Shown here: one piece after another, positions 1 to 13,214 of the stretch
How positions within the stretch are numbered: the first letter of the stretch is position 1
How the letters are laid out: each line of letters starts with the position of its first letter
From: Azolla caroliniana
Taxonomy: Eukaryota; Plantae; Polypodiophyta
Length of the DNA stretch: 64,000 nt
NCBI GenBank assembly: GCA_043228905.1
Contig: JBHGNT010000001.1
Span: 19,964,001-20,028,000, forward strand
Direction of reading: 5' to 3'
Made by a program: the position numbers and the translations under genes
Notes under the pieces: model-generated
What the model was told of the DNA's origin: nothing
What the model saw: only the letters and a program-made list of their open reading frames with translations
The model's database searches: none

Positions 1-57
1 CGGAGATATCCTCTCCGAGAGAGAAGAGCCCTCCGGAGATTTCCGAATGCAGAGCAT

Positions 58-1615
58 GTGTTGCTAACCGATGAGGGGGAGCCGGAAAGCTTCGAAGAAG
101 CAAAGAGAGACACCCATAGCCGCAAGTGGTTAAGTGCCATGCAGGATGAGATGGATTCCTTGCATGAGAACCACACATATGAACTAACGGAGTTGCCGAA
201 AGGGAAGAGAGCACTCCGAAACAAGTGGGTGTACAAGTTGAAACCAAGACATGCCGTAAATCCACCCAAATTATGGTGAAGGGCTTCCAACAGAAGAAAG
301 GAGTGGAGTTCGATGAGATCTTTGCCCTAATAGTAAAGATGACATCCATCCGGATGGTATTGGGCTTAGTGGCAAGCATGGACCTCGAGGTAGAGAAACT
401 GGATGTCAAGACGGCATTCCTACATGGTGACCTCAAAGAAGAGATCTACATGTATCAACCAGAAGGATTTGAGAGGAAAGGGAAGGAGCACCTGGTGTGC
501 CGGCTGAAGAAGAGCTTATACGGACTGAAGCAAGCACCCCGACAATGGTACCGTAAGTTCGACTCCTTCATGACCGACCAAGGGTACCACAAGACGCGGG
601 TCGATCATTGCGTGTTTGTGAAGAAATTTGATGGAGGAGATTTCCTGATACTCCTCCTATATGTGGATGATATGTTGATCGTCGGACGAGACCAAGGCAA
701 GATTTGGATGTTGAAGAAGGCTCTAAACTGGACCTTCTCAATGAAAGACTTGGGGTCGGCAAGCCAGATATTGGGAATGCACATCATCTGGGACCGGTCG
801 AAGAAGCTGTTGTGGTTGTCACAGGAGAAGTATGTGACAAAGGTGCTTCAACGGTTCAACATGTCGGAGGCGAAACCGGTCAGATCGACACTTCTGGAAA
901 ACTGCAAACTATCCAGAAAACAAAGTCCGAGGACAAAGGCGGAGAAGACGGATATGATGAAGATCCCATATGCCTCTACCGTCGGGAGCTTGATGTACGC
1001 GATGGTATGTACCCAGCCGGATATCGGATATGCAGTCGGAGTGGTGAGCCGGTTCATGAACAATCTCAAAAGAGAGCACTGGAACGTGATCAAGTGGATA
1101 CTCGAGTATGTGCCTTTGGTTTCGCTCTGGAAAACCCCAACTCGATGGTTTCACGGATTTGGATATGTCGGTTGATGCAGATACTAGCCCGTCGACATCC
1201 AGATATGTCATGACTTATGCAGGGGGAGTTGTTTTGTGGCAGTCGAGGTTGCAGAAGACGGTTGCATTGTCAACCATGGAGGTGGAGTACATGGCAGTTG
1301 TACAAGCTGGCAAGGAGATAATCTAGATGAAGGACTTCATCGGAGAGCTAGGGATCCAACATGAGAAATACCAGCTCTACTGCGATAGTCAAAGCGCCAT
1401 CCACCTTGCAAAGAACACAACCTACCATTCCCGGACAAACATATCCAACGGAAGTACCACTGGATCTGGGAGAGAGAGAAGATCAAGAGTTCGTGCTGGC
1501 GAAGATTCACGCGGAGGAGAACGGGTCGGATATGCTAACCAAGGTGTTGATGACCGACAAGTTGGATGCGTACCACGAGCGAATCGGGCTGACGAGACAT
1601 CCCATGCCGGAGTGA
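58..1615 (+). pseudogene. Copia A reverse transcriptase/RNase H, frameshifted
   Basis: ORFs 58-279, 225-1175, 1108-1326, 1327-, 1361-1615 are consecutive pieces of one pol, ending ...RHPMPE* as in A2. Confidence 0.92.
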
Positions 1616-1625
1616 AGGGGGAGAT

Positions 1626-2162
1626 TGTTGGGAAATCGGTCCCTCCAGATGGGACCCGATGATGAATGAAGAGGACCCGGCGAGAACAGGAAGAGATCCG
1701 GAAACCAGAGGAGAACCGGTGAGAACCGGAAGAGAGACATATCTGTTAATATGATTTGAGCAAGCCTATTGAGGCTATATTTGTAAATAGCCCTAAGGTC
1801 ATATAAGTATAAATATGACTTAGGGCAATCACAATATGTGTTTGTTGTTATTGTTGTTGTTATATTGTTGTATAGAGATAGAGCGACAAAGAGAGAGTGT
1901 GAGATAAAATGAAATACTCTGTTGTAACCGCCGGTTGGTGAAGAAACATAGCTAGAGGTCGTTGCCTCCAAGTCTCTGATTGTACTCTATTTTTCTTCAT
2001 AGGGATAGTTGGAGTCTGTGGGCTCCCATGGTTTTTCCCATTCAGGGTTTTCCACGTAAACATCCTGTGTACTCTCTTTTTTGTGTGTACGTCTATTCCC
2101 ATTCCTGTGTTGCACTCTTATCGAAGTAATTCAAGACTCGGTCGTGGCCGAGTAGTATTTCA
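1626..2162 (+). repeat. 3' LTR of copia A
   Basis: Follows the PPT, TG...CA ends, TATA-like GTATAAATA near 1808; related to A2 LTRs (GGGTTTTCCACGTAAACATCCTGTGTACTCT). Confidence 0.85.
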
Positions 2163-2657
2163 CGCTATTCCTCACACCCTTAACCACATCAGACCATGTC
2201 TTGGTCTTGGCCTTCACGCCCTTCTTGGCTTCAACTCTCCCTTGTTCGGCTGACTATGGCTCTTCCCTTCGGTTGTTGGCCTTGTTTCCGCCTTCGGCTT
2301 CTTCAGCTGACCCGAAATCGAATTCTTCATCCGGCTGAGTTTCGCGGTCACTTTAGCTCCTTTCCTGCTCCCTTTCCTGGTCTTTTCTCCCCCCTCAAGT
2401 TCGGCACATCGAGGTGTTGCAAACCAAGCTCACCCAAGAATTGCCACAACTTGTCAAGACCAAGGGGCTTGGTGAAGATGTCGGTAGTCTGCCGATCCGT
2501 CGGAACTTACGCTAGTTCGACTTCACCGAAGAGGACACGCTCGCAAACAAAATGGTAGTGCACCTCAATGTGCTTGGTTCGGGTGTGGAAGATTGGCTTT
2601 TTCTCAAGTTGGATGTTGTTGACGTTGTCGTAGTAGATCATCGTCAAAGCGGGCACT
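2163..2657 (-). pseudogene. K RNase H C-terminus and charged tail
   Basis: Minus strand reads RTKHIEVHYHFVCERVL..., then KAKTKTWSDVVKG; homologous to 7922-8330 and 40360-41270. Confidence 0.85.
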
Positions 2658-2976
2658 TGTCATGATATAGCGTGGTATGGTATTACCCATGACCTAGTGT
2701 CAAATGGGTCCAAGCCTTCCCATTAAGCTATACGTTGTAATACAAAAAATATTGTTTTCATTTATTATTTCACTATAGAAAATTGATGTATATTCTAGAT
2801 TTCTCTAGAACATTCTAGAAACTTTAGGAGTACTCTGACAGCACTATAAAAAGAGGCACAAGGCATTATTTCGAACCAATTCGGTTCAACGCCAGTCTTA
2901 AACCTCCTAGCTATTCTTGTACTTCATCTTCATATAATTATATCCTGTTATCATCTCTCTCTCTCTCTCTCTCTCT
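2658..2976 (+). repeat. J 5' LTR, first part, interrupted by the LINE in its (CT)n tract
   Basis: Matches ~20876-21200; TATA CTATAAAAAG at ~2844. Confidence 0.85.
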
Positions 2977-3276
2977 TTCAAAGCTCTCTATAAGTTCACT
3001 CTGGCATCGTTTTCTACGTTCTATAGCTCATTGGAAAGCTTTGAGAGAGCTTTCTAAAGAATGTTCGTTTACTGAATTCCGTTACCGTGGCGAGAAGTTA
3101 TGAGCATTTTCATCTGCAACCATCTTTGCCCCACGGTTCCTCAAACGGAAGGTAGATTTGAAGCCCTAAATCGAGTGAAAGGTACATTCTCTCTCCTTCC
3201 CTCTCTGTCTCTCTTTTCCCGTAGGGTTTGTCCCTACAATGGCAAATACTCATAAAACCGCGGCAAAGTTCAGGGT

Positions 3277-4106
3277 ATGATTGATAATGAGCCGAGATCT
3301 CCAACAAATCTCAATTCTAATGCAATGGACAAAATGCTTATGAGTCACTTGATTTCTCTTCAAGAAACCATAAACAAGCAAGGTGAAGAGATTAGGACGT
3401 TAATGAAAAGAATACCAAGCTCCAAAGTGTTTTCATTGAGAATGAAAGTCTTAAATAAGTGGTTGCAAAACTTCAAGAAGAGATTCAAGAATGTAAAAGA
3501 GCTTCTTTTGAAACAAATGAGCGCCTTAACAAGATTTTGTTAAAGGAAGCATTAAAAGAAGAAAAATTGGACACGATGAGGCGGGATGTAAGTGAGATGA
3601 AAAATGTATGTACAACGAAGTCATGGGCCGATGTATGTGGTGGGGATGTGCTATCAAACTCATCTAATATGCATGTGATGCATCAAGAGAAGAATATAGA
3701 AAGCATAGATGTCTGAGAATTGAAAGAACGTGAACGACGATCAAAGAACATTGTCGTCCGTGGGATTAAAGAAGAGAGTATGGAAACACCCGCATCCCTC
3801 GGAAAGACCATTGGTGAATTTTTTATCATGCATTATGGGATGTCAGATGTGAATGTATATGGGGCACACCGAGTTGGGAAACATGGTGTTACTCGCTCCA
3901 GAGAAAGGCCTATTGTATGTACAATGACAGATGATACAAAGCGGCGGATCATACTCGAAAATAGTTGGGTATACCTCAAAGGTACACAATGCTTTGTGAG
4001 TGAAGATCGTACTATCTCACAACAAAATGCTCTTCGTAAAGCATATGAAGAAAGATTGAAAAACAAGGTTAAGGATGTGCCTAAAGATGGAAATGTAGGC
4101 AAATAG
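3277..4106 (+). pseudogene. LINE ORF1 (coiled coil plus RRM/Tnp22-like region), one frameshift and one stop
   Basis: ORFs 3277-3543, 3459-3716, 3720-4106; motifs ERERRSKNIVVRGIKE, AHRVGK, RPIVC, FVSEDRT. Confidence 0.8.
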
Positions 4107-4112
4107 GGACAC

Positions 4113-7100
4113 GTGATCTATGAGACTAACCCACGCCTTTTACGACTATGCTTTTGGAATTGCAATGGATACCTATGGAATGCGGGATATGGCATAGAGG
4201 AGTTCACCGATGACTCGGATATCACACTTCTTGTTGAAACATGGGAGCATGATACTCAAAGGATTCAAGGTTTAGGAAACTATAATGTACACTCTTTGAT
4301 ATGGAAGAAACATCCAAGACAAAGAAGAGGACAAGGAGGGGGGACATGTTTGATTAAGAAGGAAATAGAGAAATATGTGTCAATCATAAAAAATGATGAA
4401 AATAAATGCTACATATGGCTCAAAATAGAAACACCTAATGATTTGCCCACTTTTGTAGTTGGATGTTACATTCCTCATCAAGATTTTAACTTTTATGCTT
4501 GTTTGGACAAAGATCAACCGTTTGCCAATCTAGAAGATGATATTGCTTATTTCAAATCCAAAGGGGAAGTTATTGTCTTTGGTGACATGAATGCTCGTAC
4601 AAGAAGTTTCCAACTTGATTCACAAGAATCTTTCATGCCACATATCTCAAGGATGAAAGAGGATATGCAAATGTATAACCGCTCTTCTAGCGATGAAAAA
4701 GATCCGGACCAATTTGGGAAGTTACTCCTACAAATGTGCAATAGTACCGGATTGCTTATTGCAATTGGTTTTACATGTAGAAAACACAACAGAAATAGTG
4801 TGATTGACTATGTGCTACTTTCGAAGGTATTTTGGATCGTATACATAAATTCTCACTTGGTGAATGGACATCGGAATCCGATCATAGGCCTTTATGTATT
4901 GATCTCAAATGTATGCATAGGTTTGATTGTGAGAAGGCTATTGAGGATAATAAACAACCCCACTTGAGCATGAACCTTAAGCGAGCACCCATGTATTCCA
5001 AGATGGTTGAGGATATGTTACAAATGACAAAGATACAACATGGTGCCACACTAGAATGCAAATGGGAAGCTTTCAAGAAAGTCATTCTCTCATGTACAAA
5101 CAAATGTTTTTCGACCAACCGCACATCTTGGAAGTGCACCAAGAAACTTAGGAAAAAATGGTTTGATAAAGAATGTCGTGAAGCTCGAAAGTGCCTTATG
5201 GTTTTGGATGTAGTTAAGGATAAAGAGAATTACCAAAAGAATTTGCATGAGTATAAAAGGCTTATTCAAAGAAAGAGAAGAATATGGGAAGTTACTCAAC
5301 AATTTATCCAAACGCAAGAGAAAGCACATGCATGTGCTAAATTTTGGGGAAATCTAAAGGGAAAACGTGTTGAGAGTTATGGTGACTTAACTCTTCACGA
5401 CTTGTCTATGCATTGTAAGAATTTATATGAGTTATCTCTTGCCGGAAAGATGATGTGTTATGGTTCTCTTTCACATATGCCTCCCTTCTTTACAATTGAA
5501 GATATATGCATAGGACTTAAGAAATTGGCCTCTCGAAAGACACGTGATCTTCAATGTATAAAGGCTGAAATGCTCAAATGGACGGGAAAGGAAGCACATA
5601 TATGGATAAGCGATATGTTTAATGATGCATTGCAGCATGGTATGCCGTACGATTGGACTACAAATTGGATCAAACCTTTACATAAAGGTGGAGATATAAA
5701 TAATGTAAACAACTATCGAACCATCATGGTTGGCTCATTAATGGCAAAACTATTTGGATGTATAATGGAATCAAAGATAAGTGTATGGGCTGAAAAAAGT
5801 GGTAAGAGAGCTTATGGACAAGCTGACTTTCGGAAACACAATAGCACCATTGATCACCTTATCACCCTTCGAGTATTAATGGAGGAAGTCGCCTTAGAGG
5901 TAAAGGTTTATATTGTTGCTTTGTAGACTTCAAGAAAGCTTTTGACATGGTACCTCGTGAGCATCTTTGGAGGCGAATGGAAGAACTTGAGGTGCCAAGT
6001 GAATATATGCTTGCAATTTCCCGAATTTATTAGAAGGTTATATGTTGTGTACGCATGAGAGATAAACTTTCAGATTTTTTCAAAAGCACTATTGGTGTTA
6101 AGCAATGATGCCCACTCTCACCAACACTATTTGGTCTATGCATTGATGAATTGGAAGAAATGGTTACCAAGTTTGCAAAGGAAGAATGTGTTGAAGAAGT
6201 TGCCATTGGGAATGTTGTGATTATGCTTTTGTTATATGCAGATGATGTAGTGCTTTTTGCAAATACTTTAGGAGATGCACAAAAGCTTATGAAGGCATTG
6301 GAAAAAATTTGCATGCATACTAAATTAAGTGTCAATAGCTCTAAAACAAAGATTATGCTTGTGAAGAGCCAAAAAAGAGATAAACCATGCATTATGTACA
6401 ACAATAAGCCACTTGAATGTGTGGAAAGCTTCAAATATCTTGGCCTCGAAGTTCCTTCAAATCATAGATGGAATAAATGTGCTACACGCCGCTTAGAGGC
6501 GGGCAAGCAAGCATACTATGCATTTGAGAACACATGCAATCTTGGAGATATTAAGTGTTGGGTCCTCAAGAAATATCTTTTCGACACTTTGGTGACACCG
6601 GTTCTTCTCTATGGGGTGGAAGTATGGGGCGGTAGCATCCCTAAATCTATGTGGAAAGAGTTTGAAAATGTCCAAAAGCATTTTCTTACCAAGTTTCTAC
6701 AAGTTAAGAAACAAACGCCCTACACCCTCCTCCTCCTTGAGACGGGATCGCTTCCCATTGAGATCATGACCATGGAAAGGGTTGTTGAATACATGCTTAA
6801 GGTTCAAAAAAGTCCCTCACATCGACTTCCTAGAATTGCGTGGGAAGCAAGCAAAAAGATCCAAAAGACGCATAAAAGCAAAATTTTGTGTTCCGGTTGG
6901 ATGCAAGATATAGAAAAATGGTTTGGTAGATGGGATGCGGGACACTTTCTTCATGATGCATCATTAGATTCCTCTGTAAATGAGGCATTTTTGCAATGCC
7001 AATGTATCATGACATGGGACAAATGTGGAGGCTCACGCTTCACACATTATACTACACATGTTGCACCTAACTACAAAACCATATTCTTTGCGGAACGGGG

Positions 7101-7151
7101 AAATCGTACACATCCATACATGTTAGAGGCCATACCGTTATCTATCATTTG
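4113..7151 (+). pseudogene. LINE ORF2: APE endonuclease and reverse transcriptase, disrupted
   Basis: WNCNG, LVETW, GDMNART, SVIDYVL, SDHRPL (APE); NNYRTI, FVDFKKAFD, LLYADDVVL, FKYLG (RT). Confidence 0.93.
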
Positions 7152-7535
7152 TGTAAAAAGTAGCGTGCGGAAGCAAGTATGAAGACCGAACAGAAGGAAG
7201 GAAACTCAGGTTTAATGGAGAACTTGAGCTTACACAATATAAACGGGAGAGACAGAGAGAATGAGAGAGAACTATATTCAACAATAATACTCAATCTGTA
7301 CATAAGACGTGCTCAGTGAACACTTTTATACAAGTCCTAGAAGGACTGACCGAAGTACTGACAGTACTTCAATGCTCATTGAGAGCTCCTACACTAACTC
7401 CCAAATATATTCCTCACGGAATATCTTTCTTAACAGCCTCCCGGTTTCCGCACTCGGCCTAACCGATCGGTCCCAACCGATCTGGTCCTCGGCTTCTTCA
7501 GCCGATCCGGCCGATGTTGAGCTTGTCTCTCAACA
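7152..7535 (-). repeat. B 3' LTR
   Basis: Near-identical to 12425-12808. Confidence 0.97.
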
Positions 7536-10500
7536 CTCCCCCTCAAGCTCAACTCGAGGCTCTTCGGGATCCTCGGGCTCACAGCTCCGGTTCCTCCTAG
7601 CTTCACGCCTCGCTCGCGCTCCTCGACCTGTTCGACTCCGCGCACTTCGACCCTTCCGGTCGGCTTGTCTGCTCATGTGGCCCTTATTAGCTCTTCTGTT
7701 GTTGCGGTGTTGACGCTTCTCCTGCTGCCTTTTCTTCCACTTGGGCCTCGGTTGATTTAGCGTATCTGAATCAAACATCCGAACCGACTCGGCTACCTTC
7801 GATCGGTTTTCGCTCTCGTCCGAGTTGGCTGTCTCCAACTCGTCTTTAGTCTTCTCGCCCTCGATGGCGTCATCTCCCCCATGCGTGGTTGGCTTCAGCT
7901 CTCTCCTTCGGCTGCTCCCCTTCAGTCCGCTTCCAGACTTTTCGGTCCGCCCTCAGCTTCTTCAGCCAATCCGAAGTCGAACTCGACAACCGACTCGGTG
8001 TCGCGGTCTCCGCTCCTTTCCTGATGCCTTGCTTGGTCGTTCGGGACTATTCTCCCCCTCAAGAACGGCACATCGAGGTGACGCAATCCGAGTGCACCTG
8101 AGAATTGCCGCAACTTGTCCAGACCAAGAGGCTTTGTGAAGATGTCAGCAGTCTGTCGATCCGTCGGCACGTACTGAAGTTCGACTTCACCGGAAAGGAC
8201 ACGCTCACGGACGAAATGGTAGTGCACCTCAATGTGCTTGGTCCGTGCATGGAAAACGGGTTTTTTCGCGAGCTGGATGTTGCTGAGGTTGTCGCAGTAG
8301 ATCGTCGTCGGATCGGACACTTCCTCTTGCAGGTCCTTAAGTAGCCGCTTCAACCATATGGCTTCGCATGTCGCGATAGCCGCTCCTCGGTACTCAGCTT
8401 CGGTGCTCGACAGTGCAACTGTCGGCTGCTTCTTACTGCTCCACGCGATCGCGGCACTCCCGAGGGAGAACGCGTATCCGGACGTGGATCGGCGATCGAC
8501 GGCATTGCCAGCCCAATCAGCATCGGTGTAGCCGACTAACTGCGCGGATGCACCGGTCCGATATAGCAGTCCTCGGTCCTTAGTGCCACTTACGTACCGT
8601 AGTACGCGTTGCGCACACTGAAGGTGCTCCTCGGTAGGTCGCGCCATGAAATGACTGATCACCCCGACCGGATAACTGAGGTCAGGTCGGGTGATGGTCA
8701 AGTATATGAGGCTTCCGACAATTTGTCGGAACCTCGTCGGGTCGCATACCTTTCCCGTATTGGGACGAAGCTTGATGGTTCTGTCCAAAGGAGTCGAGAC
8801 GGACTTACAGTTGGCCATCCCAAGTTTGAAGAGCATACCCAGCACGTAATGACGTTGGCTGATCAATATGCCTTCGGGGGTACGGATCACTTCGATCCCG
8901 AGGAAGTGATGAAGGTCCCCCAGATCCTTCATGTTGAACGATGCCGCAAGTTGGAGCTTCACGCGGTCGATTTCACCTAGGTCGGCGCCGGTAATGACCA
9001 AGTCATCGACATATAGTAGAATACTAACCGGTCCGAGTCGGCCTTTCCGGATGAACAGTTAAGAGTCCGATTTTGACGTGACAAAGCCCATCCGACGCAG
9101 TTGTTGTGTGATCTTCGCGTTCCAGGCACACGGGGCTTGCTTCAGTACGTAAAGGGACTTCTTCAGTCGGCATACTGCCGAGGAGTTTAATCCGGAGGGA
9201 AATCCGGGGGGCTATACTATGTACACTTGTTCCTCAAGGTCACCTTGTAGGAACGCATTCTTTACATCCATTTGATGTAGGTGCCACCCCTTGGCCGCGG
9301 CTACTGCGAGCAAAACACGGACAGTCGTCATTTTCGCGACTGACGCAAATGTCTCACCGTAGTCAATGTCGTGCTTCTGCGCGTAGCCCTTTGCCACTAG
9401 CCGAGCCTTGTACCAGTTGACCGAGGCATCAGTGTTGTACTTGACTTTGTACACCCACCTACACCCGATCGTTTTTACCCCTCTTGGTGCGTCAACCAGG
9501 TCCCAGGTCTCGTTCTCCGCCAATGCGTGCATCTCTTCCTCCATCGCGGCACGCCAATTCACGTCTTTAGCCGCTTCTGCGTAGCTCTCCGGCTCACGCA
9601 CTTCCGCTACACGGGTCATGTACGCATAATGATGCGCCATGTACTCGTTGTATCCGAACCGCAAAACAGGATTCTTCTGGCGGGTAGATCGGCGTAATCT
9701 CACATTAGCCGATGTCGAGGCCTTCTCAGTCGACGCGGTCTTCATCTTTAAAGACCTGTCACTGGTTCCCTCGGAGTCGGACTCGCGTCGGTCTGACTCG
9801 TTCCTTTCCGTGCCGGAATCCGACACCTTCTTCTTCCCTTTCTCTTTGCGCGTAAGCCAACTCCTCGGCTTCCTGCGCGGGGAATGCACAGTCGAGTCTC
9901 CACTACTCGCCGGCTCTTCATCGGACTGGTCGTACCGACTCAGTCGTCCAATCGGTCCAGTTAACCGGAGGGAAATCGGACTCTCTTCGCGGGTCTCGAT
10001 TTCGGGCTCATCCGGAGGCATCTCAGCCTCGCTGACCTCATCGTCAGAGCTCGGATTGGAGTCGGGGTTCGTAGTCGGGGGCAGGTACCAGGACGCGGAC
10101 TCGTCAAACACAACGTCGCGGCTGACACGCGCTTGTTTGGTGCGAGGGTTATAGCACTTATAACACTTCTGCTCGTCTGAGTAACCAACCAAGATGCATT
10201 TCTCGGCCTTTGCGTCCAGCTTCCTCCTTTTCTCCTTCGGTACATGCACATACGCAATGCTACCGAACACCCTTAAGTGTCGCAAGTTCGGCTTCGTTCC
10301 GAAATATAGCTCGTGCGCCGACACTTTGTCTCCGATCCGGTTCTGGATGTATACCGCGGTCCTTACCGCCTCGGCCCAGTAGAACTTGGGCAAGCTCTTC
10401 TCCTCCAGCATTGCCCGTGCCACTTCCACAACTGACCGATTCTTTCTCTCGGCCACGTCGTTCTGCTCCGGCGTGTATCTACAACTGAATTCGCGCCGAA

Positions 10501-12355
10501 TTCCCATTTGTTGTAGATAACTGTTGAATTGACCAGAAAAGTACTCTTTCCCGCCATCCGACCGCAGGCACTTGATCTTTCGTCCCGTTTCCGTTTCCAC
10601 GAACCTTTTGAGGTCCCGGAAACAGTCGAAGGCTTCGCTCTTCCTCTCAATGAGGTAGATCCACGTGTGCCGCGTGTGGTCGTCGATGAAGGAGACGAAA
10701 TATCGGCTCCCGCCAAGACTAACGTTTTGTGTCGGCCCCCATACATCGGAGTGTATAAGGTCGAGCTTGTTACAGCTCCGGTATCGCTCGTTGGGGAAGG
10801 GAAGTCGGTGTTGCTTCCCGAGCTGACAGGCTTCACAAATTTGTGCCTTTCGGCCACTAAATTTGGGCAATCCGAACACTACCTGTTTCGATTGCAGATC
10901 TTCAAGCCGCTGGTGGTTGACGTGGCCTATCCACTTGTGCCACAAGTCGATGTCCGACTCGGATTTTTGTCCCTTCGCGAACATTGCGGTGCCGCCGTCA
11001 ATGGAGTCGAGGATGAACATCCTCCCGTCTCTGCGCCCTTGCGCAATCACACGGCCTTCTTCCTCAATGAAGCACCCGAGGTGTGTAAACCGAACCTCCA
11101 TCCCTTGGTCGACGATCTGTCTGACCGAGACCAAGTTTTTCGTGATTGTCAGAACGTGCAGCACGTTCATGAGTTTCCCTTTCTGCCCGACATGGCTAAG
11201 GGGAACTTCTCCGACATTCGTGATCGGATGCGGAGTGTCGTCTCCAGTTGCGACTACTCCAGGTTGTATCGGTTTTTCAAGGTACGAGAACCACTCCTTA
11301 TGGCTCATCATGTGGTTTGACGCGTCGGAGTCTACGTACCACACCTCGTCCGATCTCGGGGTGCTCTGTTTTATTGAGTTTGCTTCGTGTCTCGTCACGA
11401 AGACAGACCCTTCTTCGGCTCTCCCGGAGTCTTCGGCGTGGTGCGATCGCTACTGATTTCCCTTGTCGGTATGTCTGGAGCCGTTTCCGGAACCGGTTCT
11501 CTCGGAATCGGCGCGCTTCTTCCAGCACTCACTTTCCCTGTGGCCTTTCTTGCCACAGTACCAGCACTCCGCGATGACCTTCCCTTGCCGGTTCTCATCG
11601 CTTCGACTCCCCCTGTTTCCGGAGGATCCGGAGTTGCTGTCGGCATCACTTCGGTGCCTTCTTCCTTGATCTCGTCGACCGCTTCCATTGCGTACCATCT
11701 CGCCTCGTCCGCCATGACCACGGGGCCTTTCTCCCTCCGTGTACAACATCTTGTTGTCGGTGTGCGTGCTCGTCGATGCACCCGTGTGGTTCTCCTCTAC
11801 CAGGAGCATCGACTGTAAGTCGAAAAAGGACGGCGTATTCTCCCGGGTACACACAGCCGTTCGGAACGCTCTGAACTTCGACACCAAACCTCTGAGACAG
11901 ATCTGGACCATCTCACTCTCCTCGATGTTCACCTCTATGGAGGCGAGGGAGTCGCAGATATCCTTGATCTTCGAGGTATAGTCCGCCACCGACAAGTTGC
12001 ATTGTCGTAGGTTGCTCAACTCCTGTCGGAGCTGAAGCTTCCTGGCTGTGGTGCTCGTGGCGAAAATCTTCTTCAGATTTTCCCACGCACCCTTCGGCGT
12101 CTTTGCATCCCGAACATAGCTCAATAGTTGTTCGTCCACACACGATGCGAAGCAGTATAATACCCTGCTCGCCGATTGCTCCCACGACGGGAAGTCTCTG
12201 TGTGTCGATTCGGGTGCCGCGTCATTAGCTCCTTCGACAAAACTCCAGTAGCCGTGCCCGAGCAGGTACTGCTGCATCTTGTAGGACCAAGACGCGTAGT
12301 TGGTTCTGTCAAGCTTCTCTGTTTGAAGCGAGCTCGCCATGCCTCTATCCATCAT
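7530..12355 (-). pseudogene. B gag-pol (gag, zinc knuckle, PR, IN, RT, RNase H, charged tail)
   Basis: ORFs 11450-12355, 9212-11398, 7922-9001 share one frame, broken by stops near 11450, 9212 and 9060; [35 protein letters not shown]; tail frameshifted. Confidence 0.93.
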
Positions 12356-12424
12356 TCTTCTTGTTCTTCTTCGTCAAGTTGTGTCGGTTGCAGAGAGGTT
12401 CTCAACCCTCGCGCTCTGATACCA

Positions 12425-12808
12425 TGTAAAAAGTAGCGTGCGGAAGCAAGTATGAAGACCGAACAGAAGGAAGGAAACTCAGGTTTAATGGAGAACTTGA
12501 GCTTACACAATATACACGGGAGAGACAGAGAGAATGAGAGAGAACTATATTCAACAATAATACTCAATCTGTACATAAGACGTGCTCAGTGAACACTTTT
12601 ATACAAGTCCTAGAAGGACTGACCGAAGTACTAACAGTACTTCAATGCTCATTGAGAGCTCCTACGCTAACTCCCAAATATATTCCTCACGGAATATCTT
12701 TCCTAACGGCCTCCCGGTTTCCGCACTCAGCCTAACCGATCGGTCCCAACCGATCCGGTCCTCAGCTTCTTCAGCCGATCCGGCCGATGTTGAGCTTGTC
12801 TATCAACA
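12425..12808 (-). repeat. B 5' LTR
   Basis: Near-identical to 7152-7535; next to PBS. Confidence 0.97.
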
Positions 12809-12813
12809 ATTTG

Positions 12814-13120
12814 AACCATTGCTTCCATGCGACTTAGTTCACATGAATTGCGATGTGAAACAGGGCGTTGGGGTACAAGTGATGAGAGTGGTCGGCTATG
12901 CACACTTTGCCCTAAACAAGTTCGCAAGTCTGAGTATCACACTTTGATACAATGCTCTTCCTTTGATCATATTCGACCATGCTTTCCACATCTCTTCGAT
13001 CGAGCCCAATCTTTGCATGAATTCCTCTCACAACCACAATGTGCACTCTCGATTGAAACATTCATTGGTAAAGTTCTTGAACATCGAGAGTCACTACTCA
13101 CTTTCACACGTATCACGTGA
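12814..13120 (+). pseudogene. LINE ORF2 C-terminus with CCHC zinc finger
   Basis: RLSSHELRCETGRW...CTLC...EYHTLIQC resumes right after the B TSD. Confidence 0.88.
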
Positions 13121-13175
13121 AATGTAATATTTTTGGTCTCATAGGTCATATTTGACCTCCGAAGACGATAATATA

Positions 13176-13214
13176 ATCTATCTATGTATGTATGTATCTA
13201 TCTATGTATCTATG
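13176..13214 (+). repeat. (TATC/TATG)n 3' tail of the LINE
   Basis: Mixed tetranucleotide tandem directly before the J LTR resumes. Confidence 0.85.

Larger units (their letters stand above)
1..2162 (+). mobile_element. Ty1/copia element A, 3' part (RT, RNase H, PPT, 3' LTR), inserted in K; 5' part lies outside the window
   Basis: RT motifs LDVKTAFLHG, SLYGLKQAPRQW, LLYVDDML; RNase H motif YCDSQSAIHLAKN; PPT GAGTGAAGGGGGAG at ~1610-1623; LTR TGTTGG (1626) to TTTCA (2162). Confidence 0.93.
7152..12808 (-). mobile_element. Ty1/copia element B, complete, inserted in LINE ORF2
   Basis: 384-bp LTRs 7152-7535 and 12425-12808 (about 9 differences by eye); TSD ATTTG; PBS TGGTATCAGAGC (iMet) 12413-12424; PPT 7536-7547. 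Confidence 0.97.
2977..13214 (+). mobile_element. Full-length non-LTR retrotransposon (APE-type LINE; RTEX or L2/CR1-group-like), interrupted by copia B
   Basis: ORF1 plus ORF2 (APE endonuclease, RT LLYADD, C-terminal CCHC), 3' stem-loop and (TATC/TATG)n tail; empty site visible in J 3' LTR. Confidence 0.9.

Noticed and set aside
10529-11320. Long antisense ORFs over pol genes (also 9639-10154, 26331-26912, 34475-35251, 40858-41592)
   Set aside because: Shadows of GC-rich coding strands with no recognisable domains and inconsistent boundaries between family copies
12410-12424. tRNA genes at tRNA-matching sequences (also 22264, 33657, 46462, 49791, 54113)
   Set aside because: Only 12-18-nt primer-binding sites; no cloverleaf
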